A stretch of DNA of 35,062 nt from IMG/VR virus record IMGVR_UViG_2548876964_000015, positions 1 through 35,062 of that record; one strand, 5' to 3'. Source of the stretch: a virus (taxonomy: Duplodnaviria; Heunggongvirae; Uroviricota; Caudoviricetes). The translations under genes were made by a program, and so were the position numbers. Under the pieces are notes generated by a model. That model ran no database searches and was not told where the DNA came from. It worked only from the letters and a program-made list of their open reading frames with translations. Positions within the stretch are counted from its first letter, which is position 1. Every line of letters starts with the position of its first letter. Shown one piece after another: positions 17,001 to 28,540 of this stretch.

Positions 17001-20000
17001 GCTGCACCGCATCTGCGTACTCCGGCAGGAAACGATAGGTGATCCGGCGATAGTACAGGTCCATGTCAGTACATACGCGGTCCATATCCCTGATTATTGA
17101 GAAGATCGGACGGGCTTTCTCGTGCTCAATCACGCCGTCTTCATTGACCGAGGTCGTTACGCCATTGTTGGCTTTGGCCGCCGCTTCCGCCTGCTGACGC
17201 AATTCTTCATACGCCGCCAGTTGTTCTTCAGTAAGTGGTGCATCCTGCTGGTGTTCGTCCAGCTCCGGGATCTCCACGGTATCCTTAACGTCTTCCGCCG
17301 TTTTAAGCGTTACCCAGCGATGGAATATACCGCGCAGCGCATCAAGGTTTTCAAAGCCCACCAGCGCCATTTTTTCTTCAACTTCACCGCTGATTTTCTG
17401 TACCGTTTCCAGCCTGGTCTTGCCGAAGAATTTAACGAAGTCATCAGGACCGTAGATCCCCATCTTCTGCCAGTATTCCTTCGGCAGAACATGAGAAAGC
17501 ATGTTGTATGCATCGATCGGGGTGTTAACGACTGGCGTTGCAGTCAGGAGAACCGGCCCGCGCCCGCCATTCTTTTTCATCAGGTACGCGTTTTTGATTG
17601 CCATATCCCGCGCCGATTGCGCCACCGCGCTGGTGGGCAGATAGGCCAGTTGTGACGCTTCGCGACCATTTTTATAGCTATTGCGGTAGTTGTGACCTTC
17701 GTCGGCGATCACACTATCGAAGCCCATATCCTCAAAGTACGGATACTTCTCTGCTTTTTCGGTACCGGTATCTGAATACTCCGACAATACCCAGCGACGC
17801 GCCGCCTCTTTACGATGGGAGTCGGAATCCATTGCGCTGGCTACGCGCCCGGCGGCAACGAAGTCATAAAGCATGTCTTGTGCATGCTCATCTACGGTGT
17901 CATCACGTAGCGGAATGCGGGCGTATTGTTCTTTGGTAAACACGACTGCACGGTAATTTGAGTGCGGGATCGCGTTCATCCGCGCCGTGATAGTGGCTTC
18001 ATCTGCCAGCTTAAGAGCATCGCGCATAACTGGAGTGCCATCAGTACCAAGAACAGGTTTACCGTTCTCATCGAGCACCGGCACCTGGCGAATCTGATCG
18101 CCATCCATCAGCACATCAAGACCGACGAACAGGTAGTTACTGAATGCCTCTTCACTCAGGAACTCTTTTGCTTCGTAATACCAGTTTTCCAGCACTGATT
18201 TAGGCACTACATAAGCAGTACGGGTGGAGCGACCGTTCTCATAGTTGAACGCCTCAAGCGCCAGCGCGGTCGTGGTTTTACCCAGCCCGGTGCCGAAGCC
18301 CAGGATGCCGCGCCCATCTTCGGACAGTCGGCGCACCTCGCTATTCTGGTAATCAAATGGCTGGCGCTTACCGCTTAATCCCTTCAACCCAAGCGGATCG
18401 CCAGAGTGTTCATACGGGATATTGCTATTGAACACATCGTTGTATTTGGCAACCAGCTCATCGTAGCGATCGTGCGTCTTTATCCACTTATTGAACTGGT
18501 CCTCAAGCAGTGCCATCTGCTCGCGGTAGCCGTTCGCCGTCGCGCTATCTTTGCCACCGATACGCGCACCATTGAGATACTTTTCCAGCTGTGCCGGGAA
18601 CCCGGTCGCGTTTTCACCTGATTTACGGTCCCACTCGTAGCGGATCTCACCTGTTTCTTTATCCTTGCGCTGGACGACACCGTATCGGTGCCCGACGAAC
18701 AGGCCATCACTACCGTGATAGGTGTCAGAAACCATTTCGTCGCCTTCCAGCTGCACTGACTGCACATAGCGCAGATCCGGATAGCCGTTTTCCTGCAAAA
18801 ATTCCAGAATGACGGAACGGTCGAACCAACGGCTATTGAGCTTAAAGCGGATATTCTCTGCTGGCGTCTTGATGCGCTTCTCTTCAATCGCTGCCAGCTG
18901 ATTAAGGACGTTGTTCTTTACTGGACCGTCGGGGAGTGTGGCAAGGAATTCCTGTTTTGGAGCCACTATCTCGTTAATGTCGCCGCTGGTGGCGCGGGCG
19001 AACGGAACAATCCCGCCATACTGTGAAACCGCAATGCCAGGGGTGCTGGCCAATAAATTAAGCAACTCGTCATCACTGGCTGGCAGTTCACCGGTAAACG
19101 CAAGGCGGAAATCATCGAGCTGGATTGGATCGCGAGTGAGATCACTGTAGAGATAACGCAGGGTGTCCTGATAGCTGGTGGAGTCATAACTGGCGCTGGA
19201 ATCATGCGTAACCAGCTTTCCTGTCAGCTCGTCAGAAATAGTGCCATCCAGCTTAATTGCACCACGGAAAGCAAACCAGGCGCGCGCACCGCTCCCCGAT
19301 AATTTCGCTATCGGACCGCGACCGGGGTTACCAAAACGATCAATCTCTGCCTGCAAACGGGATACCAGAGAAAGGCGCTGCTGTTCGATTTGTTCAGCAC
19401 TATGCCCGGCGGCCTTCATATCCTGATATTCAATTAACATCCGGCCAATCATCGCCCCGCGATACAAGCGTTCACGGTATTTTTCAGGCTGGCTGTTAAT
19501 CCAGTCCACCAGCTGCACCATATCGTCGCTGATTGATGTGGTGTACTTATCGCGGACATTTGCCATCTGGGTAAATGTCATGCCGAGACGGCCTTCTGTT
19601 GTAGTCAGGTTACGCTGAAGAGCCTCCCAGCTATCCGCGCCATAACTGGCAGCATCGATCTTAAGTTCCTTCCCGGCATCAGCTTCAATCCAGCGACCAC
19701 CAGCATATTTTTGCCATACGCCATTAATCAGGCGCATTTCCCCTTCACCAACAACGTCTGCTGTCGGTGACGGTTCAGCCATATCGAGCAAAGACCAGTC
19801 GATACGACTTTCGAAACGATGAATCAGCTTCGCTTTAAGAGCCTGGTTATCAATCTGCCCGTCGGCACGAACCTCAATACGCCCCTGGAATCCCTTCTCC
19901 TGGGTGCCATGAACAAACCGGCGGCCGTCCTTTTCAAACCACTTGCCAGAAATAAACGTTGGCCAAAGCACATTTGCCGATTCAAGAGTGCCTTCATCCA

Positions 20001-20856
20001 CCAGGGGGATTTTCTCAGCCATCTCCGCCGGATGTTTGCGCATCAGCACCACGTCAACGACCGTACTGGTCCCGTTTGCGTCAAAAGTACCGGTAGGCAA
20101 GCGGTGGGCACCAAGAAATTCAGCTTTACGGGATAGGCGCAGGCGCAACCGCTTCATGTTTGAACCTGAAACAATGGACGGCGGCACAATCACACACATG
20201 AATCCGCCTGGCTTTATCTTGTCCAGCATGCGGAGCATGAAGTAAGACCCCATATCCGTTTCTTCTGCGTAAGGCTTATCGATGTTGCGTGTGTTATCAC
20301 GACCGCCGAACGGAACGTTACCCACAACATGGTCGAATGAATCGTTAGGTGTGCTTATAGCCAGCTGTTCGAACGGGGAAATCTGTACGCTGTCTTCCGG
20401 ATGTAACAGCTGGTTTATACGACCGGAAACACTGCTGATCTCAGTCGCGGTCATCACCGTACCAACCGGTTTTGTCTCATTAAAAACGCCGGTGCCCGCC
20501 GATGGTTCCAGAGTGTTACCTACGTCCGCGCCATAGAGCTTCATGATCTCCCAGACGCCTTCAGCGATCGGCTTTGGTGTGTAATATTCGGAGACGGACC
20601 CGCCAATGCCACCTTCACCGGTGTACCCAGCCAGGATCTGGCGCTGTTCATCTGTCAGTGTCGCGCCGTCCACCAGCGAATTAAGCAAATCTATCGCCTT
20701 CTGATTCGCCTCCCGGCGCAGTCGGTCATAGCTTTTGCCTTCCACCTTTTCCACGCCGTATTTAATCGGCGCCCGGTGAGATGTTATTGCCCTAATGTAT
20801 TTCAATATTTCGCTGACACTTGAACAGCGAAACACCCCCATAGATAGCTTGTTCAT
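14089..20856 (-). CDS. darB: DarB, large methyltransferase-helicase anti-restriction protein
   Basis: Single 2255-aa ORF; N-terminal N6-adenine methyltransferase motifs (EPSAGTG, NVPFGG); helicase motifs (GLGKTTT, DEGHNYRN). Length matches P1 DarB as I recall. Confidence 0.93.
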   Translation of the reverse strand: MNKLSMGVFRCSSVSEILKYIRAITSHRAPIKYGVEKVEGKSYDRLRREANQKAIDLLNSLVDGATLTDEQRQILAGYTGEGGIGGSVSEYYTPKPIAEGVWEIMKLYGADVGNTLEPSAGTGVFNETKPVGTVMTATEISSVSGRINQLLHPEDSVQISPFEQLAISTPNDSFDHVVGNVPFGGRDNTRNIDKPYAEETDMGSYFMLRMLDKIKPGGFMCVIVPPSIVSGSNMKRLRLRLSRKAEFLGAHRLPTGTFDANGTSTVVDVVLMRKHPAEMAEKIPLVDEGTLESANVLWPTFISGKWFEKDGRRFVHGTQEKGFQGRIEVRADGQIDNQALKAKLIHRFESRIDWSLLDMAEPSPTADVVGEGEMRLINGVWQKYAGGRWIEADAGKELKIDAASYGADSWEALQRNLTTTEGRLGMTFTQMANVRDKYTTSISDDMVQLVDWINSQPEKYRERLYRGAMIGRMLIEYQDMKAAGHSAEQIEQQRLSLVSRLQAEIDRFGNPGRGPIAKLSGSGARAWFAFRGAIKLDGTISDELTGKLVTHDSSASYDSTSYQDTLRYLYSDLTRDPIQLDDFRLAFTGELPASDDELLNLLASTPGIAVSQYGGIVPFARATSGDINEIVAPKQEFLATLPDGPVKNNVLNQLAAIEEKRIKTPAENIRFKLNSRWFDRSVILEFLQENGYPDLRYVQSVQLEGDEMVSDTYHGSDGLFVGHRYGVVQRKDKETGEIRYEWDRKSGENATGFPAQLEKYLNGARIGGKDSATANGYREQMALLEDQFNKWIKTHDRYDELVAKYNDVFNSNIPYEHSGDPLGLKGLSGKRQPFDYQNSEVRRLSEDGRGILGFGTGLGKTTTALALEAFNYENGRSTRTAYVVPKSVLENWYYEAKEFLSEEAFSNYLFVGLDVLMDGDQIRQVPVLDENGKPVLGTDGTPVMRDALKLADEATITARMNAIPHSNYRAVVFTKEQYARIPLRDDTVDEHAQDMLYDFVAAGRVASAMDSDSHRKEAARRWVLSEYSDTGTEKAEKYPYFEDMGFDSVIADEGHNYRNSYKNGREASQLAYLPTSAVAQSARDMAIKNAYLMKKNGGRGPVLLTATPVVNTPIDAYNMLSHVLPKEYWQKMGIYGPDDFVKFFGKTRLETVQKISGEVEEKMALVGFENLDALRGIFHRWVTLKTAEDVKDTVEIPELDEHQQDAPLTEEQLAAYEELRQQAEAAAKANNGVTTSVNEDGVIEHEKARPIFSIIRDMDRVCTDMDLYYRRITYRFLPEYADAVQQLADSLPKQATSEDDDSDDSITQQSQYSLIDKGEFIQLQVPEAFEQEVNKRLARFGIDEQTVTHPVTPKYAKLIATLKEFFPEGKQIIFTDEKTQHQKLKRIICNALNLEPSKVGILNAQTVAEAGKTGKKLKAVKPPKELPDEPTDAQIAKYNEQMALYDAYIAQQNEMSLGGLEKIAADFQEGRTPIIICNKKAEVGINLHRGTTDIHHLTLPWTPASIAQRNGRGARVGSNRASVRVHYYCGKGSFDEYRLKTLKRKAGWISDILRSDKSEMENADANDMIEMQMYTAKDDGERLAMMQVQMDKAKAAQRARQKEQATIDLQNYIKAQHAAGEDVEVLTAELERSKAELEKTTAEVAKFKQAVMAKAADNADWKARWGSVHHTDRTLLAQYRASLKSAIQRKANISQAISRYEKLLNRTQKAATDIKRLRPLVEDAINKGILDVDPDLVNHASEFLVIGDRSWRVGQYYDCAGDIVRIKSLDFDSQRADVEIIFTFKGTKSGNWDVKTLDKQVDVTPDEDAVMQKISGGVSIAGINDIISCDDFYRFQQRGMIKITDSYGVQTTESGYSIDFVGTYTDPLKHAVYPDRRDGALKSSIAKWVLGMMSEGNNRQIRSAETFLVELFGSNYGDVIASYGDTLSPEAIQEKIADAIARMPEKTSQGATRNGDSELEVTNAIFGTNEFRASDYEITTAQFGTIGIYSNKAEIKQAMDAASARIAAERKANLNHAVAALTQSWVTAIREAATTGKITPAIADVVNDGSKFMDAYKMDAVQLPSAYGQLSYRMTYNLVSMFTDLAILGLVDLNEVTPELLSMRKNHVEILQRINTVLAGRTDEEKQADADRINLALGNITEEEIAARNEKQEELSSIQGDATSIAQSLGLNYRVSTADLKMMYAPKFAAGEVFGLQEASGMKGVLFRAKDAIKAKFGARWLPAKAKNSDFPGNWWIIETKHNVADVLAVIQQYA

Positions 20857-20865
20857 TGGTAATCC

Positions 20866-20916
20866 TTAACAAGTGACTAGTGTTAAATTCCGTTCAAACA
20901 CGATGCGAATTATTCT
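20866..20916 (+). promoter_or_regulatory. Candidate late promoter of prt
   Basis: AACAAGTGACT (20868-20878), then TAAATT five nt downstream. Confidence 0.4.
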
Positions 20917-20922
20917 AATTAA

Positions 20923-23653
<2,731 letters not shown>

Positions 23654-24985
23654 CACCCTCCACGCCCTGACGGGCGTGGATTCCTGCTACGTTCAGGCTG
23701 TCGCCTGAATCATTTCGGTGGGTTCCTGCTTCAACGGGCGGCCTGACTGCACCATCCCTCCACAGGCAAGTACGGCGTGCCCCGCCGCTAAAATGTTACG
23801 AGCGCCGTTTACATCGGCGTTCGCTGTATATCCACATACCTGGCATCTGAATTTACTTTGTGACAGGCGATTTTCTTTCGCGGTATGACCACAGCACGCG
23901 CAACGCTGGCTTGTGTACGCTGGCGGCACTGCCAGTACCTGACCGCCATGCCAGAGCTGCTTATACTCAAGCTGGCGGCGCATTTCATACCAGCCCTGAT
24001 CCAGTATCGAACGGTTTAAACCTGATTTTGCCCGGACATTGCGACCCGGCTGACTTATCGTACCCGCCGCTGACTTTGACATGTGTTTAACCTTCAAATC
24101 CTCAATGACAATCATTGCGTGGTTTTTGCTGATGATCGTTGTGACTTTATGAAGGTAGTCTCTGCGGATATTTGCGATACGGGAGTGCAGTTGCTGTATT
24201 TTGCGTTTCTGCTTCTGCCAGTTGTTGCTGAATCTGACCTTGCGGCTTAACTGGCGCTGAAGTCTCGCCAGCTTTTTCTGGTTTTTCTGGAAACTGTTTA
24301 CAGGCTCAAAGACTGTGCCATCTGACAGCGTGGCGAGCCTGGCCACGCCAGCATCCAGTCCGACCATTGATGCTGAAGGGTGAACAGGAGTGGATACTTC
24401 ACTTTCTGTCTGAATACTGATGTACCATTTACCGCAGGACTGGCTGACAGTGACATTTTTCACAATCCCCGTGACCTGCCGGCTGTTACGGTAGCGCATC
24501 CAGCCAAGTTTCGGCAGAAAAATACGGCTGTTTTCCTGGTCGAGCTTAACACCCTGCGGGTAGCGGAATGCATCATTCTGTCCCCGCTTTTTGAATCGGG
24601 GAAAAGCCGCCCGCTTCTGGAAGAAATTTTTGTAGGCCCGCTCAAGGTCTTTCAGTGACTGCTGCAATGGCTGTGAGGGAGAATCTTTAAGCCATTCGGT
24701 TTCAGTGTCTTTTTTCCACTCAACCAACCAGGAAGCCATTTTCGTGTAAGGGATGTATTTATTCCCGGCCTCATAATTCTCATTCTGAAGTGCCAGTGCA
24801 CGATTGAAAACGAAACGACAAGCTCCGGCAAAGAGCCTCATTTGACGCTCCTGTTGACCACCGGGTCTTAACTGGAATTTAAATGCTTGTAGTCGCTTCA
24901 TCCCACTATTTTAAACAAAAACAGTTAGGTGGAAAACCACGCCTTATATCCCCTCCCTGAAGGACGGGATTTTACGGCGCACCGG
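23654..24985 (-). mobile_element. IS200/IS605-family element carrying tnpB only (IS609-like), inserted right after the pro stop
   Basis: Subterminal hairpin CCACGCCC-TGAC-GGGCGTGG at 23660-23679 on the tnpB 3-prime side; no Y1 transposase (tnpA) ORF. The far boundary is approximate. Confidence 0.7.
23693..24901 (-). CDS. tnpB: TnpB (RNA-guided endonuclease, IS200/IS605 accessory protein)
   Basis: 402 aa, [22 protein letters not shown]...; C-terminal zinc-finger CxxC...CxxC and RuvC-like motifs; near-identical in my memory to E. coli K-12 IS609 TnpB (insQ/ydcM). Confidence 0.9.
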   Translation of the reverse strand: MKRLQAFKFQLRPGGQQERQMRLFAGACRFVFNRALALQNENYEAGNKYIPYTKMASWLVEWKKDTETEWLKDSPSQPLQQSLKDLERAYKNFFQKRAAFPRFKKRGQNDAFRYPQGVKLDQENSRIFLPKLGWMRYRNSRQVTGIVKNVTVSQSCGKWYISIQTESEVSTPVHPSASMVGLDAGVARLATLSDGTVFEPVNSFQKNQKKLARLQRQLSRKVRFSNNWQKQKRKIQQLHSRIANIRRDYLHKVTTIISKNHAMIVIEDLKVKHMSKSAAGTISQPGRNVRAKSGLNRSILDQGWYEMRRQLEYKQLWHGGQVLAVPPAYTSQRCACCGHTAKENRLSQSKFRCQVCGYTANADVNGARNILAAGHAVLACGGMVQSGRPLKQEPTEMIQATA

Positions 24986-24990
24986 ATAAC

Positions 24991-25022
24991 CACCAAAAAT
25001 AACCCCGGCGGCTGCCGGGGTT
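24991..25022 (-). terminator. Rho-independent terminator of the lyz operon
   Basis: AACCCCGGC-GGCT-GCCGGGGTT, followed on the minus strand by ATTTTTGG. Confidence 0.55.
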
Positions 25023-25033
25023 ATCGTTAACTA

Positions 25034-25288
25034 TTATCGCCTTCGCCTGCGTGCCATATATTTGCGCACCGCGCGGCGTGGACAATCTGAAGCGGTTTCT
25101 TTCTGCTGCATCAATCTCGCAGCCATGCTCAAAAATGTCAGGCACAGCCGAAGCCCGGCATATAATAGCGGTTCCAGTGGCCACGTCTCATTGAGCACAT
25201 ATACCGCCATGAAAATCGAGTCGAAAACTATCGCCGCCAGCGATAACTTCATTGTCGAAAGTCGGCGGAGCTGCCGGAGTTTATTCAT
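25034..25288 (-). CDS. Small hydrophobic protein downstream of lyz (lysis accessory candidate)
   Basis: 84 aa; start overlaps the lyz stop; terminator directly after it. Confidence 0.4.
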   Translation of the reverse strand: MNKLRQLRRLSTMKLSLAAIVFDSIFMAVYVLNETWPLEPLLYAGLRLCLTFLSMAARLMQQKETASDCPRRAVRKYMARRRRR

Positions 25289-25838
25289 TGATCAGCCCCG
25301 TCAGGCAAAGCTGGCGTTCTTTTTCACGGCGAATCTTTAAACCTCGCAGGGGCACGCCGTTACTGTTCACGAAATCAGGGAGATGGTTACACATATTCAC
25401 CCATTCCTCTTTCTGCGCCCACTTGTGGATGGACGTTTCTACTCGCATGCCTCGCGCTTTGCTGTAGTAGGTCCGTAAGCTATTGCATCCCATATTGAAT
25501 GCCGCGCTTGTCATTGCACTGAAGGCATTATCGGGCATGTCTTTGCCCCGGAAGTGCTGATTAATACAGCGTTCAGCGATCAGGATATTCTTTTCCCAAT
25601 CAGCGGCGATTTGCTGGTCGGTTTTTCGCACACCCGGCGTTACCCCGTGTGTATTACCGATCCCATCAGTCCATACCCCCGCCGGGCACATGTATGGATC
25701 ACGTCGGCAACCTTCAGCGTTTCCGATAAGCTCAAGCCCCGCCTGGTTGGTTCGCACATTGCCATTACCCATCACGATGGTAATCATCACCGCGATAGCG
25801 CAAATTGCACCGCCTCCTGCGGCTGTTTTTCCCTTCAT
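25281..25838 (-). CDS. lyz: SAR-type endolysin (lysozyme)
   Basis: 185-aa product from ATG 25838 (SD GAGG), MKGKTAAGGGAICAIAVMITIVMG... with Gly/Ala-rich signal-anchor-release segment and lysozyme core. Track ORF is extended to 25937. Confidence 0.85.
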   Translation of the reverse strand: MKGKTAAGGGAICAIAVMITIVMGNGNVRTNQAGLELIGNAEGCRRDPYMCPAGVWTDGIGNTHGVTPGVRKTDQQIAADWEKNILIAERCINQHFRGKDMPDNAFSAMTSAAFNMGCNSLRTYYSKARGMRVETSIHKWAQKEEWVNMCNHLPDFVNSNGVPLRGLKIRREKERQLCLTGLINE

Positions 25839-25937
25839 AAAGACCTCATAAGCGAATTTTTTACGCTCCAGGACAAACACCCATTCACAGCCAATACCGA
25901 CTGACTCGATCCCTTTAGAAGGCACAGGATAATGCAA

Positions 25938-25947
25938 ATCACTTGTT
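25938..25947 (-). promoter_or_regulatory. Candidate late-promoter element of lyz
   Basis: Minus strand reads AACAAGTGATT then TATCCT five nt downstream. Confidence 0.4.
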
Positions 25948-25971
25948 AGCTACGTTTCAAAGATATACATT

Positions 25972-25988
25972 GTTGCTCTAATTATTTT
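25972..25988 (+). promoter_or_regulatory. C1-operator-like site (14/17) between lyz and ssb
   Basis: GTTGCTCTAATTATTTT. Confidence 0.5.
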
Positions 25989-26007
25989 ATTTTATTAGGT
26001 AAGATAA

Positions 26008-26496
26008 GTGGCACAACGCGGTGTAAACAAAGTCATCCTGATTGGTACCCTGGGGCAAGACCCGGAGATCAGGTATATACCAAATGGCGGAGCGGTCGGA
26101 AGACTCAGCATCGCAACGAATGAATCATGGCGCGACAAGCAAACGGGCCAACAGAAAGAGCAAACAGAATGGCATAAAGTCGTTTTGTTCGGAAAACTTG
26201 CTGAAATTGCGAGTGAGTATTTACGAAAAGGTTCTCAGGTCTACATCGAAGGGAAACTTAAAACCCGTAAGTGGACAGATGACGCCGGTGTAGAACGTTA
26301 CACGACGGAAATTATCGTCAGCCAGGGCGGCACCATGCAAATGATCGGCGCTCGTCGCGACGATTCACAGTCCACAAATGGCTGGGGGCAATCAAACCAA
26401 CCTCAAAACCACCAGCAATACAGTGGTGGCGGTAAACCTCAGAGCAACGCTAATAACGAACCTCCAATGGACTTTGACGACGATATTCCGTTTTGA
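26008..26496 (+). CDS. ssb: Single-stranded DNA-binding protein
   Basis: GTG start; [20 protein letters not shown]... closely resembles E. coli SSB; Gly/Gln-rich tail ending DFDDDIPF. Confidence 0.9.
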   Translation: MAQRGVNKVILIGTLGQDPEIRYIPNGGAVGRLSIATNESWRDKQTGQQKEQTEWHKVVLFGKLAEIASEYLRKGSQVYIEGKLKTRKWTDDAGVERYTTEIIVSQGGTMQMIGARRDDSQSTNGWGQSNQPQNHQQYSGGGKPQSNANNEPPMDFDDDIPF

Positions 26497-26693
26497 ATGT
26501 GTAAAAAACGACTGAAAAAAAAGCGGTGGTCCAGACGCCGACAAAAGCACGAACTCGCTCAAAAACGCCAAAGTTGGCAATGGCACGCGCTTTTAACGAA
26601 TAGAACACCCCGAGATATTGCTTTCGCTGGTGGGAAAACATTCCTAACCAACCTGAAGGCGCAATACATCAGTTTTTAAGCAGAGAAAAGACT

Positions 26694-27482
26694 ATGACAG
26701 CACAAAATACTAAAACCATTCAATACCGCCTACGTAATGGCCAGAGTGTCGAAGTGACCGTCAATAATGATGGAGTGCCAGGCGAAAAGGTTTCTATCTC
26801 TGATCTGGCTATCGAAAAAACCATCATGTGCCACCTTGGCTTTACTGAAGAAGTGAGCAAAAAGCATGGTGTAGCAATCTGGAGCGCAATGGATACTGGT
26901 ATGCGCAGATTCATTACTGCTCGTACCCCAGGGATGACCATGATGGACCTCATGCAGATTGCGCCGCTGTTTGAGTGTGAACCTTTAGATGTATTCAGCA
27001 ATCCAGCTATCTGCCAGCAGTTATATGGTGAGATGAAACTCGCGGTTACCCCCATTGTGCTGCATGAAGGATCGCTTGCTGGCGTATGGAAAGTAGAGCG
27101 AATTTCAAGCTACATGCCTTTCCATGTCAACGGCGTAATCACTGGTGAAAATCAACCTGTTTCCGTTATAAAGTCAGACCTCAAGCGCGCAATTCTTGAA
27201 GCAAGTTGTCGAGTTGTCGGCCTGGGCAAACAGTCTTATGTTTCCTTCCCGGCTGGCCCTGAAGGCCCGGCAGAAATTCTGATTATGGATGCCGATCTGC
27301 TCTGGCAAATACAGTTTCTGATTGGCAAAAGCATCATCCGCGATGAAGAACTAGATCAGTACATTACCTGCACGATGACGGATGAAGTCAAAAGTGTGGC
27401 TATAGCCAATGCCCGGAACCTATGTCGTGCTGCATTAACAGAACTGCAAGAAAACACCACGGGAGAAGTGGAAAGTGATTAA
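26694..27482 (+). CDS. Hypothetical protein (262 aa), isaA-like by position
   Basis: Follows ssb as in P1; no domain recognised. Confidence 0.55.
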   Translation: MTAQNTKTIQYRLRNGQSVEVTVNNDGVPGEKVSISDLAIEKTIMCHLGFTEEVSKKHGVAIWSAMDTGMRRFITARTPGMTMMDLMQIAPLFECEPLDVFSNPAICQQLYGEMKLAVTPIVLHEGSLAGVWKVERISSYMPFHVNGVITGENQPVSVIKSDLKRAILEASCRVVGLGKQSYVSFPAGPEGPAEILIMDADLLWQIQFLIGKSIIRDEELDQYITCTMTDEVKSVAIANARNLCRAALTELQENTTGEVESD

Positions 27483-27484
27483 AA

Positions 27485-27517
27485 AGAACCCGCCAATTGG
27501 CGGGTTCTTTATTTATT
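27485..27517 (+). terminator. Rho-independent terminator
   Basis: AGAACCCGCC-AATT-GGCGGGTTCT then TTATTTATT. Confidence 0.6.
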
Positions 27518-27728
27518 GAATTAGCATTCAACTCCCGATTGTTATAGCGAACACTATGTAACAGAATAATATTATTAACATTTTAGTAATAAGTTGATTA
27601 TTCATCTTCTGTATTCGCAAAGCGTAAGTATTGCTCATAGTTTCTTATTCCAGTACATTGTGATTCGTTGAGGCAAAAGAATAGTGGCAATTCTACTGGC
27701 AATAAACTCAAGTAAGAGGTTGTAAACA

Positions 27729-28016
27729 ATGGAAAAACTGAACAATTTCTTAGACAAAATATCCACCCCAAACACTCGCGCAGGCCACACTATTACCCGC
27801 ATAGCTAAGCTAAGCGATGCGGGTGTCAGTGATGACGTAATCGCACTTCAACTGTCCAGTAACAGTGCAAATGGCTTCCGATATACAGCAGATGAAATAA
27901 AAGCGTATAAGAAGCTCCACAATGATGTAAAAACTAAAGTGGGAATTACATCCAAACAAACAAAAGCATTAATCAAAGATCAAGAGCTGACTTTTGTTGC
28001 ATTGCCTCAAAACTAA
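27729..28016 (+). CDS. Hypothetical protein (95 aa) in an AT-rich island
   Basis: Flanked by AT-rich non-coding DNA; followed by a 13-bp hairpin GTTATAAGAGCGA...TCGCTCTTATAAC at about 28052-28097. Confidence 0.45.
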   Translation: MEKLNNFLDKISTPNTRAGHTITRIAKLSDAGVSDDVIALQLSSNSANGFRYTADEIKAYKKLHNDVKTKVGITSKQTKALIKDQELTFVALPQN

Positions 28017-28219
28017 ATTTGTTTAAAGCTATAGCTAACAAAGAGTTATAAGAGCGATAGTGATAAATTTATCATTGTCGCTCTTATAACCTTGTTAAAG
28101 ATAAGAATATAACCCAAAAGATATACATGGGTTATTAAGGCCATAATTATCAGGCAAATAACATGAAGTCGTCTATGTGATGGATGAAATTTGAACAATC
28201 AATTCTATGCCAATTCCTG

Positions 28220-28540
28220 TCAATACAAGAGTTGGTTTACTGTTTCATCACTAAAAACCTCTTCATCGTCATCATCATCCTCATCGCCACCATCTACTGC
28301 TGGCCAATCAACAAACCAGCCAGCGTAAAGATGCAGCGTTCGGAGAACATCACTTGCGGGAGCATCAAGGGTGTTAACGAATCCCATATAGCTATTGGGA
28401 TTTGCCCCAGCTATGGCTTCAGCGATCATGTCCTCGGTAATGTCACCGGAGATAATGCTCAAACGCCCGGAAACTTCTTCATTATCATCAAATTCGATAA
28501 TGGCATCTCCGCCTAATGGCGCTGCGATTTTAATCTGCAT
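28220..28540 (-). CDS. Acidic hypothetical protein (106 aa), hxr position
   Basis: Start overlaps the ddrB 3-prime end; poly-Asp/Glu stretch. Confidence 0.5.
   Translation of the reverse strand: MQIKIAAPLGGDAIIEFDDNEEVSGRLSIISGDITEDMIAEAIAGANPNSYMGFVNTLDAPASDVLRTLHLYAGWFVDWPAVDGGDEDDDDDEEVFSDETVNQLLY

Noticed and set aside
14814-20536. Numerous 60-180 aa ORFs on the plus strand inside darB (for example 17122..17655)
   Set aside because: They are antisense to a 2255-codon intact gene with clear enzymatic motifs; GC-rich frames commonly give such shadow ORFs.
27483-28219. IS1 copy expected between isaA and the darA operon as in P1
   Set aside because: No InsA/InsB-like ORFs or IS1 terminal repeats are visible; the interval instead carries an AT-rich segment with one 95-aa ORF.
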